This document shows, one piece after another, positions 38,370 to 49,745 of a stretch of DNA of 64,000 nucleotides. This DNA comes from the human T2T-CHM13v2.0 reference genome, Homo sapiens. The translations under genes and the position numbers were made by a program. Position 1 is the stretch's first letter. Each line of letters opens with the position of its first letter. The notes under the pieces were generated by a model. The model had not been told where the DNA came from and made no database searches. It worked only from the letters and a program-made list of their open reading frames with translations. The stretch lies in NCBI RefSeq assembly GCF_009914755.1, contig NC_060930.1. The stretch is one strand, 5' to 3'.

Positions 38370-41270
38370 TCAAGGTGGACTACCCGAGCTCAGTCAAGTA
38401 GTAGCTCCATTTGCAAAAAGTGTGCTCAAAACCAGATGCAGGACTGTTGCTAGGGCAGATTCATGAATCCTCAGGTACATGGTATCCATTTGGTGGATGT
38501 ATTTTGTATTCCTATCAGAAAAAAAATGGATCAGGCACCATTTGTATTCACATGAAAAAGACAACAATATGCATTCATATTTTTGCCCCAGAACCATGTT
38601 AGCTTTCCTGCTCTCTGTATTAGTCCAAGGAAATATGGACCATTGGACATCCTACAAAACATTATGTTGATTTTTTTAACTTGATGACATCACACTGATT
38701 GGCCAGGACAAGCAAGAGATGGCTAGTATATTGGTAAGATACGTATGTTTCAAAGGGTAGAGGATCAGCCACATAAAAATTCAGGGGCCTGCCATTTGAG
38801 GAAAGTTTTTCAGTGGTCAGGAGGGTTGCCCAGATATCCCCTCCAAAGTAACAGATACACTGCTACATCCTGCATCCCTACGGCAAAGGAAGTACATTGC
38901 CAGTTTAACCTCTTGGAGTTCTTCAGGCAACACTGCACACCAAGGATAGGCTCTGGCCCTATACCAGATGGCATGGAAGGCTTCCAGCTTTAAAAATGGG
39001 GCCTGAAGCAAATCCAGACCTGCCATGGGGGCCGTATGAGCTGGCACAGATCCTATGGTATCAGAGGTATCAGTGGAACCAGATGCTGTGTGAATTTGTG
39101 CTGAACCCCAGCAGATCAATCAGCACCTGCCTCTGGGGTGCTGGAGCAGGGCCATGCAATTGCATCCGCAGTAGGGCACTGCACACCTCGTGAGAGACAG
39201 CTCTTGGCATGTTACCAGGCTCTGGGGGAGATGGAACGCACTTGACCATAAGGCAGCTGCCCACTACAGGCTCATTCATCAGACCGATTAAGTCATAATG
39301 TTGGCCCAGCAGCCATCTATCATTGGATGGAGATGGTACATCTGGATCAAGTCTGAGCAGGACCAGGGGAACAGCAAGCTGCATGAGCAGGTAGAACAGA
39401 CCCGCATGTCACCAACCATAGCTCATCCCTGTGGCCAGTGGGATCCTCTATGACCAGCTGTAGGAGAAATTTAGTTAGAGACCGTTAAACTTGGAAAGCA
39501 GGTGCACACCAGAAATAGACAGTGGCTGCGTTGCAGTCACATTCAGGAGTGGCCCTGGAAACAGTGGGCAGAATTGTGTGGTACACCTGGTCATCCACTT
39601 TATGTGGAAGGAGAAGTGGCCTGAAGTGGAATATATAGTTTTCTGGGTTGTAAGAAATGGTTTCACCAGCTGGTCAAGGGCATGGGAGGAGAAGGAAGAC
39701 AAGATCAAAGACAAGGAGGTCAAAGACAAGGGCATCTGAAGTCAAGGTGTGCAGCTGGGGAGGGGACATGAGGAATTCAGCTTTTGTATTGCTTGTTGGT
39801 GTCCACCATAAACCATACACTGCATAAGGAAGAAAACAAACGGCTCAACCAGTTCAGGCTGACGAAGCTTTGTCCCTGAAGCTAGTACAATGAGCATGCA
39901 ACTAGAGCAGCCATGGTGGGTGCAAATGCTTGAATTTTTACTTACCAGGCTAGTCTAGCTACTGCTGCCCCTGGCTGGCCAACGTGCGAGCAGTAGAAAG
40001 TTATGCTGAGCCCCTAACATGATACTATGTTTCAAGGAAACCAATCGGCCTCTTGTTGCACGATTTCCATCCTGGAAGAGCCAGCAAGTTTTCTTAACAG
40101 AAGTAGATGCCTCTTCAGATAGGGTTTGCCTTTCCTGTCTCTAGGGCCTCAGCCAGCACCACTATCCAGGGGCTCACAGAATGCCTGATGCACAGGTGTG
40201 GAACCCCACACAGTGCAGCATTCAACCAGGGGGCCCACCTCAGAGCAAAGGAGCTGCAGATGGGATCCCCTGGTTTTATCACTTCTATGTGCTCCAGAAA
40301 CCGCTGGCCTCGGAAAGTATAGAATAGCCTTCTAAAGGCAAAACTGAAGCGTCAGCTCACTGAGGGGATAGGGTACCATCCTTCGGGACACAGCATAGGG
40401 ATTAAACCAGCAACCCTTGTATCGCGCATGCTGTTTCCCCAGCAGGGGAGGAAGGGCTGCTGCTACACAGCGGAGGCAGCAGGAATATGTGCAGCGCTCA
40501 GGCCATCCACCCAGGGACCCAGTTGTAACCAGGAATGGCAACGTGCAGCAACTCTAACCTGAAAAGGACACGATAACCAATGGCTCAGATCCCTTAGAAA
40601 CAAAGGTTTGAGTCACACCACCGGGCCACCAAGACCACCATGGTAGCCATAAATGAAGGGAATTTAGAATGGATAGAGGAGAAGGGCTGATGAGTATCAA
40701 CGGTGGCAAGCAGCAACCCCCTGCAGTGGTAGGGGTGTGGTTCACCCATGTATTAGTTGGGCTCCTCTGGAGAAACAGAACCAATAGGAGAGAGAGAGAG
40801 AGAGAAACAGAGAGAGAGATTTATTACAAGGAATTGACTCACGGGATTATGGAGGCTGAGAAGTCCCATGATGTGCTGCCTATAAACTGGAGACTCAGGA
40901 AAGCTGATGGCATAGTTCAGAAGAGATGTCCCTGCTTAAGCAGTGAGACAGGAGCAAAAGGAGTGAATTCCTCCTTTCTCTGCTTTTTGCTGTATTCAGG
41001 GCCTCAAAGGATTGGAGAATGCCCACCCACACTGGGGAGGGCCATCTACTGAGTCCACTGATTCAAATGCTAATCTAATTTGCTAATCTCACAGACACAA
41101 CCAGAGGCAGTGTTTAATATGGGCACCCCGTGACCCAGTCGAGTTGACCCGTAAAATTAACCATCACACCCCAATAACCTCCCTCTTCTAAGTCTTGTCT
41201 CAGGAATAGCCCCCTGGATCATGGAGTAGCCACTCCCCAGACATGCATGGACATGTGGATTCACATCCCT
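38370..41270 (+). mobile_element. Decayed ERVL-class (HERV16/ERV3-16A3-like) internal region: pol RT, RNase H and integrase relic
   Basis: Translated fragments match HERV-L pol motifs: PDAGLLLGQIHESSGTWY and LDDITLIG (YIDD motif) in RT; VHLVIHFMWKEKWPEV...NGFTSWSRAW in RNase H; GFAFPVSRASASTTIQGLTECLMHRCGTPHSAAFNQGAH in integrase; many stops and frameshifts. Confidence 0.9.
40749..41168 (-). mobile_element. MLT2 solo LTR inserted antisense into the ERVL relic
   Basis: tgtattag...agaaacagaaccaatagg(ag)n...gagatttattacaaggaattgactcac...aaaattaaccatcaca; TSD accca/cccca. Confidence 0.9.
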
Positions 41271-41530
41271 CACAGTGACATATCTCTTAGAGGTCTCCTT
41301 CAAGAAAACCTGCTGCAGAAAGCACAGTTGACTAACAGCCTCAAGCCACAGTCCCTTTGGATCCACCATGGTGGTCATATTGAGCCTGTGTTTCCCCCAA
41401 GCTACATCCAGCCATTGACTGAACATGGCAGAACAACTAAATCTGGCTCATTCCTGCCAGAAATGGGACCCTAACCATGGACAACCTTTACTCAAAGACT
41501 CCTCATCAGCTTTCCCAAGACTTTCTCTGA
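41271..41530 (+). mobile_element. LTR16-type 3' LTR (partial) of the ERVL relic
   Basis: ccttcaagaaaacctgctg...cagttgactaacagcctc...ccagccattgactgaacatggc...ttcctgcc...gggac resembles LTR16A. Confidence 0.65.
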
Positions 41531-41694
41531 TTTTCAGAGGACCTGAGCTGGTGCAGGTTATAGGTATCTGCAAAGACAGGAAAGTAAGTTAAAGATGAAG
41601 TCTGTGTTCAGCTTTGAAAGAAAGGGGTGTTATGCTATCTTATATTTTACATGTGTAGTCACCAATTTACTGAGGTTTTTAGTTTGTGGAGATA

Positions 41695-41828
41695 CAGTCA
41701 TGCATTGTGGTTAAGAGCATGGCTTCTGGAGTTGCACCAACCCTAGCTTAGTCACTCATGAGCTCTTTGGCTTTGGACGATTTGTTTAATTCCTCTGTGC
41801 TTGGTTTCTTTATATGAAAACTGGGTGT
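41695..41828 (+). mobile_element. MIR SINE
   Basis: gtggttaagagcatggcttctggag...tttaattcctctgtgcttggtttctttatatgaaaactggg. Confidence 0.8.
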
Positions 41829-42574
41829 ATCAGCCAAGGCTCAGTTGGGGGATAGAAATTACACAAGGTATTGATTTGCATTTCCTTGATGATTCGTGAT
41901 GTTGAGCGTGTTATACTTCAACATAAATTCCCACTGGTTCACAATGTAGAGCACAATATACTTGGCCATTTGTATGTCTTCTTTGGAAAAATGTCTATTC
42001 AGGTCCTTTGCCCATTTTTAAATTGGGTTATTTGTGTTTGCATTTTTACTATTGAGTCATATGTGTTCCTTATACATTTTAAATGTAACTCCCCATTGGA
42101 TTAATGGTTTGCAATATTTTCTCTTACTCTGTAGTTTGCCTATTCATTTTGTTGATTGTTTCCTTTGCCATACAGAAGCTTTCTAGTTTGAGGTAGTTCC
42201 ACTTGTTTATTCTTGCTTTTCCTGCCTGTGCTTTTGGTGTCATATTCAAGAAATCATTGCCAAGAGCAATGCTAAGGAGATTTTCCCCTATACTTTCCTC
42301 TAGGAATTTTATGATCTCAGGTCTTACATTTAAGTCTTTAATTCACTTTAAGTTTATTTTTGTGTATGGTTTAAGATAAGGTCCAATTTTATTCCTTTGC
42401 ATGTGATTAACCAGTTTTTCAGCACCATTTATTGAGAAGATTCTCCTTTCCACATTGGTACCTTTGTTGAAGATTAGCTATACATGTAGGGGTTTATTTC
42501 AGGTTCTCTATTCAGTTCCATTGGTTTATGTGTCTGTTTTTATGCAACAGTAGCAAACTGTTTTGATTACTATA

Positions 42575-42769
42575 GCTTTGTAATGTAATTTGAAATCAGG
42601 AAGTGAGATGCCTCCAGCTTGGTTCTTCTTGCTCAAGATTGCTTTAGCTATTTGGGGTCCTTTGTGGTTCTATATGCATTTTAGAATTTTTTTTTCTATT
42701 TCTTTGAGAAATGTCATTGAGATTTTGATAGAGCTTGCACTGAATCTGCAGATCACATTGGGTAGTACA
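42575..42769 (+). repeat. Inverted duplication A, left arm (L1 ORF2-derived)
   Basis: Reverse complement of 43111-43305; 195 bp, 8 substitutions, no indels by manual alignment. Confidence 0.97.
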
Positions 42770-42910
42770 GGTATTTTAACAGTATTAATTCTTCTAATTC
42801 ATGAATGTGTAATATCTCTCCATTTATTTGTGTCTTCTTTAATCAAAACCACAGTGAGGTATTACCTCACACCTGTTGGAAAGGCCGTTATCAAAAAGTC
42901 AAAAGATACA

Positions 42911-43355
42911 GGTGTGATGGCTCACACCTGTAATCCTAGTATTTTGGGAGGCTAAGGTGGGTGGATCACTTGAGCTCTGCAGTTCAAGACCAGCCTGGGC
43001 AACATGGCGAAACCCCATCTCTTAAAAAAAAAAGCACAAAAAGTGAGGTGGGAGGATCACCTGAGCCTGGGGAGGTCAGGTCTGCAGTAAGCCATGATCG
43101 TGCCACCCAATGTACTACCCAATGTGATCTACAGATTCAGTGCAAGCTCTATCAAAATCTCAATGACATTTCTCAAAGAAATAGAAAAAATAATTCCAAA
43201 ATGCATATAGAACCACAGAGGACTCCAAATAGCTAAAGCAATCTTAAGCAAGAAGAACAAAGCTGGAGGCATCACACTTCCTGATTTCAAATTACATTAC
43301 AAAGCATTCCAGCTTGGGCAACAGAGTGGGACCCTGTCTCAAAAAACCAAAAAAT
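42911..43355 (+). mobile_element. AluJ with an internal deletion, interrupted by the inverted L1 copy
   Basis: Left arm 42911-43035; right arm lacks its first ~50 bp; ...gccatgatcgtgccac|insert|attccagcttgggcaacagagtgggaccctgtctc. Confidence 0.88.
43111..43305 (-). repeat. Inverted duplication A, right arm
   Basis: tgtactacccaatgtgatctacagattcag...ctgatttcaaattacattacaaagc is the reverse complement of 42575-42769. Confidence 0.97.
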
Positions 43356-43732
43356 TAAAAATAGAGCTATTATATACACAATGGAATATTATCTAGTCTT
43401 AAGAAAGAAGGAAATCTTGACATTTGCAACAACATGGATGAACCTGGAAGACATTGTGCTTAGCAAAATGAGCCAGGCACAGAACATTAAGTGCTGCGTT
43501 GTCTTACTTATATGTAGAATCTAAAAAAGTTGAACTCATGGAAACAAAGAGTAGAATGGTGGTTCCAGGGACTGATGGCTGGGGCAAATTGGAGAGGTTG
43601 CTCAAAGCGTATAAACTTTCCATTGTAAGATAATAAGTGTTGGAGACCTAATGTACAGCATGATGACTATAGTTAACAATGATATATTTTATATTTGAAA
43701 TTTGCTAAGAGAGTAGATCTTCAGTATTCTCA

Positions 43733-43734
<2 letters not shown>

Positions 43735-43764
<30 letters not shown>
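43735..43764. repeat. (CA)n microsatellite in the L1 3'UTR
   Basis: Perfect CA run. Confidence 0.95.
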
Positions 43765-43766
<2 letters not shown>

Positions 43767-43931
43767 AACCATGTGAAGTGGTGAATGTGTTAATTAGATT
43801 GATTGTGGCAGCCATTTCACAATGTATATGCATATCAAAACATTATGTTGTACACCTCAAATATATACACTTTTTATTTGACAATCATGCTTCAATAGAT
43901 GAGAAAAAAGAGATAGTGTGCAGGGTACTTT

Positions 43932-44315
43932 CTGGCTTGAACAACACAGTCCTGGAGGTAAGAAGTCCAAGGTAAAGGTGCAGGCAGGGTTGGTTCCTTC
44001 TGAGGCTTGTGAGGGACAATTTCTTCCATGTTCTCTCCTAACTCCTGGTGGTTTACTGGTAATCTTTGATGTTCCTTGGCTGCTCTCTCCTTCAGCCTCA
44101 CAGGGCAGCTCCTCCTGTGTGCACATCTCTGTGCTCAAATCTCTTCTCTTTACAAAGACATCAGTCATATTGGATTAGGGTCCACCCTGATGACCTCATC
44201 TTAGCTTCCTAATTACATCTTCTATGACCCTATTTTCAAATTACATCACATTCAGAGGCACTATGATGTTAGATTTCAACATACGAGTGTGGCATGGGAC
44301 CGAATTCCACCTCTA
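43932..44315 (-). mobile_element. MLT1C/D MaLR LTR
   Basis: cagtcctggaggtaagaagtccaag...gcagggttggttccttctgaggc...cagtcatattggattaggg...gacctcatctt. Confidence 0.85.
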
Positions 44316-45179
44316 AGAGGTCAAATAGAGTCAAAACAGACCTCTAAGTAGGATGTGGAACTTGGCTGTTGCTAATACCTCTGAGATCACAGGAGGGGTC
44401 CCTTTGGCCTGCAACCCAGACCCCTGGGGAGGGGACACATGTGCTGTTGCTGATGACTCAGAGGGGATGCAATGACACTGATTCTGCAAATACTGAAAAA
44501 ACTTCAAATGTGATTCAGCTGTTGCTACAAGAAGAAACTGCAGCTTCCAGATTGAAGAAGTCTTGTTGGGATAAAACTCACAATTGCAGGCAAACAGGAA
44601 GCCAACAGGAAGGAGCAAATCCCTTCTTCTTCCTCCTCTTCCGGTCTCTCCCCAGTCATACAGTGTGCAAAGCCTAACAGGGAGTGAGCTGGAGTGCAGA
44701 CGGTGGTTTGCAGAGCCCTTGCTGCCGCATGACAGAGAGGCTAGAAGGAGGAGGTTGGGGAAGGGGCCAGGATTGCAGTCTACCCCTCTGTCCACTCACC
44801 TTCCAGACACACCCTCTTCTATTTGGAATTTCATACTATGACAAAACCAACTCTGTGTTTTCACCTGATGAGAGGCAACTATCCTTGGAACAAGCAAAGA
44901 TGTTTCTACCCTCTCCACAAAATGAGGAAAAGCAGCACTCATGTCCAGCTCTGGGAGCAGGCTGGGAAAGGCACACCCTCTGTCTCTGTCTACGCTAATC
45001 AGTTCTCAGATTCAGCAACAATCCCACCTGCATATATTGTTACCTAAAACTAGACTGTAAAGTTACCTTACATCAAAACTTATATACATTAATAATATTT
45101 CTATAAATACATAAAAGGTAAATACAGCTGCTACCATTCCTGTATCTGTAACTGGTCATGGGATGATAGTTGGTATGAT

Positions 45180-45490
45180 TTTAAACATCTTTATTGATGT
45201 ATAATTCACGTCATAAAACTTGACTGTTTAAATGTACAATTCAGTGGTTTTTCATATAATCACCCAGTCATGCAACCACCACCATGAACACTCTAATCAT
45301 CCCAAAAAGAAACCCCGTACCCACTAGCGTCGCTTCCCAGCCTACCCTCCCCCGAGTCCCTGGCAACCGCTTATCTATTTTCTGTCTCTGGAAAGACATG
45401 TGCCTACTCTGGACACTTCATAGTTCATATAAATGAAATCATATGATGTGTGACTAACTTCTTTCACTTAGTGCAGTATTTCCAAAGTTC
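45180..45490 (-). mobile_element. L1MB 3' end
   Basis: tttattgatgtataattcac...tgtacaattcagtggttttt...cccaaaaagaaaccccgtaccc...ctggcaaccgcttatcta. Confidence 0.85.
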
Positions 45491-45499
45491 TTGAGCTTT

Positions 45500-45660
45500 C
45501 TTCATAGCTGGCGTTATAATAACTTCATAAATGGCACAGCGGGTAATAATAATACTCATTCCATAGGGTTGTTATGCACATTAAACAAGTTATTACATGT
45601 AAATCTCTTAGAACAATGCCTGACGCAGTTAGTGCTTAATAAATTAGCCTATTATTGGTT
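45500..45660 (+). mobile_element. MIR fragment
   Basis: gggtaataataatactcattccatagggttgttatg...ttagaacaatgcctgacgcag..agtgcttaataaa. Confidence 0.75.
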
Positions 45661-46789
45661 GTTTCACGTGGTATAGAAATATTTATGGAGATAACAATAA
45701 AGGTGTTATGTTCTGGCTTTACTGACAAATCAGCAGATGCTTTTTAAAAAACAGGTACGTGTTTAAAAGACGAAGTGGTGAGCACCAAGATGCTTGATGC
45801 GAGTTGAGATTTGTCAAGTTACCGAGTTTCATGATGTATTGTCTTGTACGGGGTAAGGTCAACATACCCCTACTCTACTCACTCTATAGGAAGAAACGTA
45901 GGGTAACACTTCAAGATATTGTATTCTAATATTCCACTCCAAAGCACGGGTCCCCCAGATGTGTTCCTTGTATTGAAACTAAAATGTGTATTATATCTGT
46001 GTTTTTCTCATCTTGTTTTTTTTTTCTCCCCCAAATTAGGTTGCTGCAGTCTGAGGCTTTGTAATTACTAATATCAGAGGGATGAGGAGGGTGCTCGGGT
46101 ACTCTCTTTGGAAAGGGAATCAGGCTAGAAATCACCTAAGTCTCACTGCTACTCTATCTGTAACTCAGAGTCATTTGGGAGGATTCCTTGTTTCCTATGC
46201 AAGAGTTGCCGGCACCTGCAGGAGCACCTAGTGGACTCATGTGAGTGGCCTGCTGGCCTCTGAGGAGGAGACAAGCTGTGGTCTCGAGGGAACGAGCTGT
46301 GGTCTTGAAGGTCGAGAGGGACTTGACCTGCTCAGGTAAGAGTGAGGTAAGCTCAGGACTGAAGCAAAGCTGAGACCCTCTGGAGCTGGCGGTCCCCATG
46401 CTCTTGGAGAGTGAGTGAGCTTTGGCCGGGCAGGTGTGCAGACTGCCCAGGCCCCCACTGTGATGATGGCTCTGTGAGGAGCAGAAAGAGCTCCTCTCTC
46501 ACCTGCCCTCTGAGCACCTGTCTGCTGAGTCCAGACTCTGTGGGGCACCCAGAAAGAGCCTGGGAGGGGACGTCACCAGTTTCCCTTAGCTTCCCTTATC
46601 TCAGCACTTAAGACTTAAGGGCAGTTCTCCTGGCCTATAGTTTACAAGATTTCTTTAATGAGTATTTTTTATATTAACAGCATTGCCAAAAATGCCTCAA
46701 CCTCTTCTCTTTAATGTAATATTTATATTTAGTAAAGGCAGTCTAGTTTGTTTTTATAATACATTTGTGTATTTAAAATAATTAAATTG

Positions 46790-46970
46790 GGGAGTTTTAA
46801 TTCAACGAGTACAGAATTTCATTGTGGGAAGGTGTAAGAGGCTTGGAGATGGACGGCAGTGATGGTTGTACAATGTGAAGGTACTTAATGCCACTGAACT
46901 GCTCACTTAAAAATGACTAAGTTGCTAAATTTCATGTTATGGATATTTTATCATAATGGTTAAAAGAAAA
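46790..46970 (+). mobile_element. L1MB 3' end
   Basis: gagtacagaatttca...ttggagatggacggcagtgatggttgtacaatgtgaa.gtacttaatgccactgaactg. Confidence 0.85.
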
Positions 46971-47027
46971 GATTTAAATAAGGGCATTGAGTCAGACCTA
47001 GACATAAATGTTTGCTCCATTAATTAA

Positions 47028-47260
<233 letters not shown>

Positions 47261-47261
47261 C

Positions 47262-47518
47262 GGATCTAATGGTAACAACTAGGGGGAACTTAAGGCTAGT
47301 TTGTTCAGAGTCTTCTTGGTGTTGGTGTCCCTCTGTGACATTCCTTCCTGTCTTCAGGAGACGAGCGAGGGAGAAGGAGAAGGTCAGAGTGACCTTCCTA
47401 GGTCTCATGACGTGCTTCACGAAGAAGGGAATGGGAAAGGGAGAGTGGCCTTTCTGCTTCTGTTTTCTCAAGCGCCGAGATGCCATATTTTGGTGTAGCA
47501 TGTTCTGAACCCTGTCAC
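47262..47518 (-). mobile_element. MER31-like ERV1 LTR (partial)
   Basis: ttctgcttctgttttctcaa...gatgccatattttggtgtagcatgttctgaaccctgtca is the reverse of the MER31 5' end. Confidence 0.75.
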
Positions 47519-47519
47519 T

Positions 47520-49045
47520 GTCTAAAGTCAGACTCTCCATCTGGGCCCTGGATCCCATCTCTTGCTTACTCAAGGACATCAGTCCAGCATCCAAGGAGCC
47601 TCTTTTCCTACATCATCAAATCTTCCTGCCTTACTGGATAATTCATATAAGCAAGCAGACGTGCTGTTATTTCTTCTGGCAAGAGAGAAAAAAAAACCTC
47701 TCTGGACTGCAATTTTCATTCTATCTATGGTTCTACTTTGCTGTCTTTTGCAAGAAAATCTCTCAGAAATGCTGTCCACATTTGCTCTTTCCAATTCTTG
47801 TCCTCTCATTCTCTCTTAAGTTCTTCCAACTGGGCTTCCGATGCCATCATTCTACTAAGCCTATTCCCTTCGAGGTTACTAATGATGTCCACATGGCTAC
47901 ATCCAATGGCAAATTCCTGGGCTTATCAACTGACTCCTCCTCTGACCCATTGGCAACTTCCTCCTCTTTGACACTCTTTCTACCCTTGACTTCCAGAACA
48001 CTCCAGGCTTTCTGCCTACTTTAACTGGCTACTATTTCTCCGTCTCTTTTGCAGGTTTCTTCTCCCCTTTGGGACACAACAGTTCAGTGTTCTGAACTGG
48101 TTACATTCACCCCTGGATGATCCGATGACTTAGGTCTATATGCTGACAATTCCCAGATGTCTGTCTAGCCCAGATCGTCCCACAACTCTAGACTCCTATA
48201 TCTAACACCTCCACCTGAATTTCCAACAGACAGGTCCAATTTAGTACAACAAAAGCTGACCCCACAGAGAGTCATCCCCATCTAGTTAATTGGTGACTCC
48301 ACCCTGCCAGTTGCTTGGTCCAAAAATGTTGATGTTATTCTTGACTCTCCCACCACATAATCCAGGAAGAAATCATTTTGACTCTGCCTTATCTTCAAAA
48401 ATATGTCAGAATCTGATCACCTCTAACTATTTGCGCCACCAATATGGCTTTCTTTTCTGGACTACTACAGTCAGTTTTCCAGCTGGGGTCCCAGATGCCA
48501 CCCCAGCCCCTAAAGTCCATTATGAACACAGCAGCCATAGCAACTCCTTGAAGATGGGGCTCACACTATGTCACTCCTGTCCTCTGTTCAAACACTGTTC
48601 TCAGTCCTTCAAAAGGTCTTCAAAGCCCTGACCCCACCCCACCACCTCTCTAACTCATGGAGGTCCAGTGGATGGCTCTCCTGCTATTCCTCATCATTCC
48701 CGGTACTCTCTAGCCTCAGGGCCTCTGCCTGGAATGTGCTTCTGCCCACAACCCATATTGATAACGCCTTTACCTCCTTCCAGGTTTTGATCATCCCTCA
48801 CCTTCTCAATGAGACATGCATGGCCTACTCTATTTACAATCCTGCGACAACACACCTTTTCCACAGCACTGACTTTGGAGCATACTAAATACTTATTGTT
48901 AACCATCTGCCTCCCTCCTGCTAGAATGTAAGCTCCACAGGGCATTGGCTTCTGTCTGTTTTCATCATTGATGTTTCTTCTGCACAGAAACAAGGTCTGA
49001 CACATAGTTAATTGTCTCAAGAATATTGGATAATGAATGAATGCG
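47520..49045 (+). mobile_element. L2 (L2a-like) long 3' fragment
   Basis: ctggatcccatctcttgcttactcaaggacat, tatatgctgacaattccca, gcctctgcctggaatg, ctagaatgtaagctcca, terminal tgaatgaat. Confidence 0.88.
47835..48248 (+). repeat. Inverted duplication B, left arm (L2-derived)
   Basis: Reverse complement of 49318-49745, ~88% identity by manual alignment. Confidence 0.93.
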
Positions 49046-49199
49046 TAAAAACAGCTATCAATTTTTGGTCTCTTCTCATCTTTATGCATTCTCTCATTTT
49101 GCGATATTTCATATAATGTGATTTTACATATATGTTTTGATATTGTAATAACAGAACTTTTATTCTTATTAATTTAATGTGAAGATTATATACATATTA

Positions 49200-49270
49200 T
49201 ATTGATCAACTTTTTCTGAAAAGGGCCAGATAGCAAATATTTTAGGCTCTGAAGGTCATGTACTATTTAT
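49200..49270. mobile_element. MER58 fragment
   Basis: caactttttctgaaaagggccagatagcaaatattttaggctctgaaggtca. Confidence 0.75.
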
Positions 49271-49272
49271 CA

Positions 49273-49313
<41 letters not shown>
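49273..49313. repeat. (TG)n microsatellite
   Basis: ~18 near-perfect TG units. Confidence 0.95.
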
Positions 49314-49316
<3 letters not shown>

Positions 49317-49317
49317 A

Positions 49318-49745
49318 TGTACTAAATTGGACCTGTCTGTTGGAAATTCATGTGGAGGTGATAGAGATAGGAGTCCAGAGTTATGGGAGGATCTGGGCTA
49401 GACAGAGACATTTAAGAATTGTCAGCCTATAGACCTACATCATCAGATCACCCAGAGATGAATGTAAATAGAAAGGAGGTAAGGACTGAGGACCAAGACT
49501 CAGAACACTGAACTGTTGTTTCCCAAAGGGGAGACAGAACCCTCAAAAAAAGACGGAGAAATAGTAGCCAGTTAAAGCAGGAAGAAAGCCTGGAGTGTTC
49601 TGGAAGTCAAGGGCAGAAAGAATGTCAAAGAGGAGGAAGTTGCCAATGGGTCAAAGGAGGAGTCAATTGACAGGACTGGGAATTTGCCATTGGATTTAAC
49701 TGTGTGGATGTCATTGGTGACCTCAAAGAGTGATGGTGTCAGAAG
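49318..49745 (-). repeat. Inverted duplication B, right arm
   Basis: ORFs 47782(+) and 49572(-) give near-identical peptides (FEVTND...DPLATSSSLT.FLPLTSRTLQAF), confirming the nucleotide match. Confidence 0.93.

Larger units (their letters stand above)
41870..43908 (+). mobile_element. L1MA8/9-L1MB1-like element with a 5' inversion (41870-42840 inverted; 42841-43908 sense)
   Basis: The inverted part ends at ...ggaaatgcaaatcaa and the sense part starts aatcaaaaccacagtgag, contiguous in L1 ORF2; 3'UTR aaatttgctaagagagtagatctt...atttcacaatgtatatgcatatcaaaac. Confidence 0.88.

Noticed and set aside
38411-40322. Possible domesticated retroviral pol gene
   Set aside because: Motifs are scattered over short ORFs in different frames, with stops, deletions and a degenerate YIDD motif. 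This is a neutral relic.
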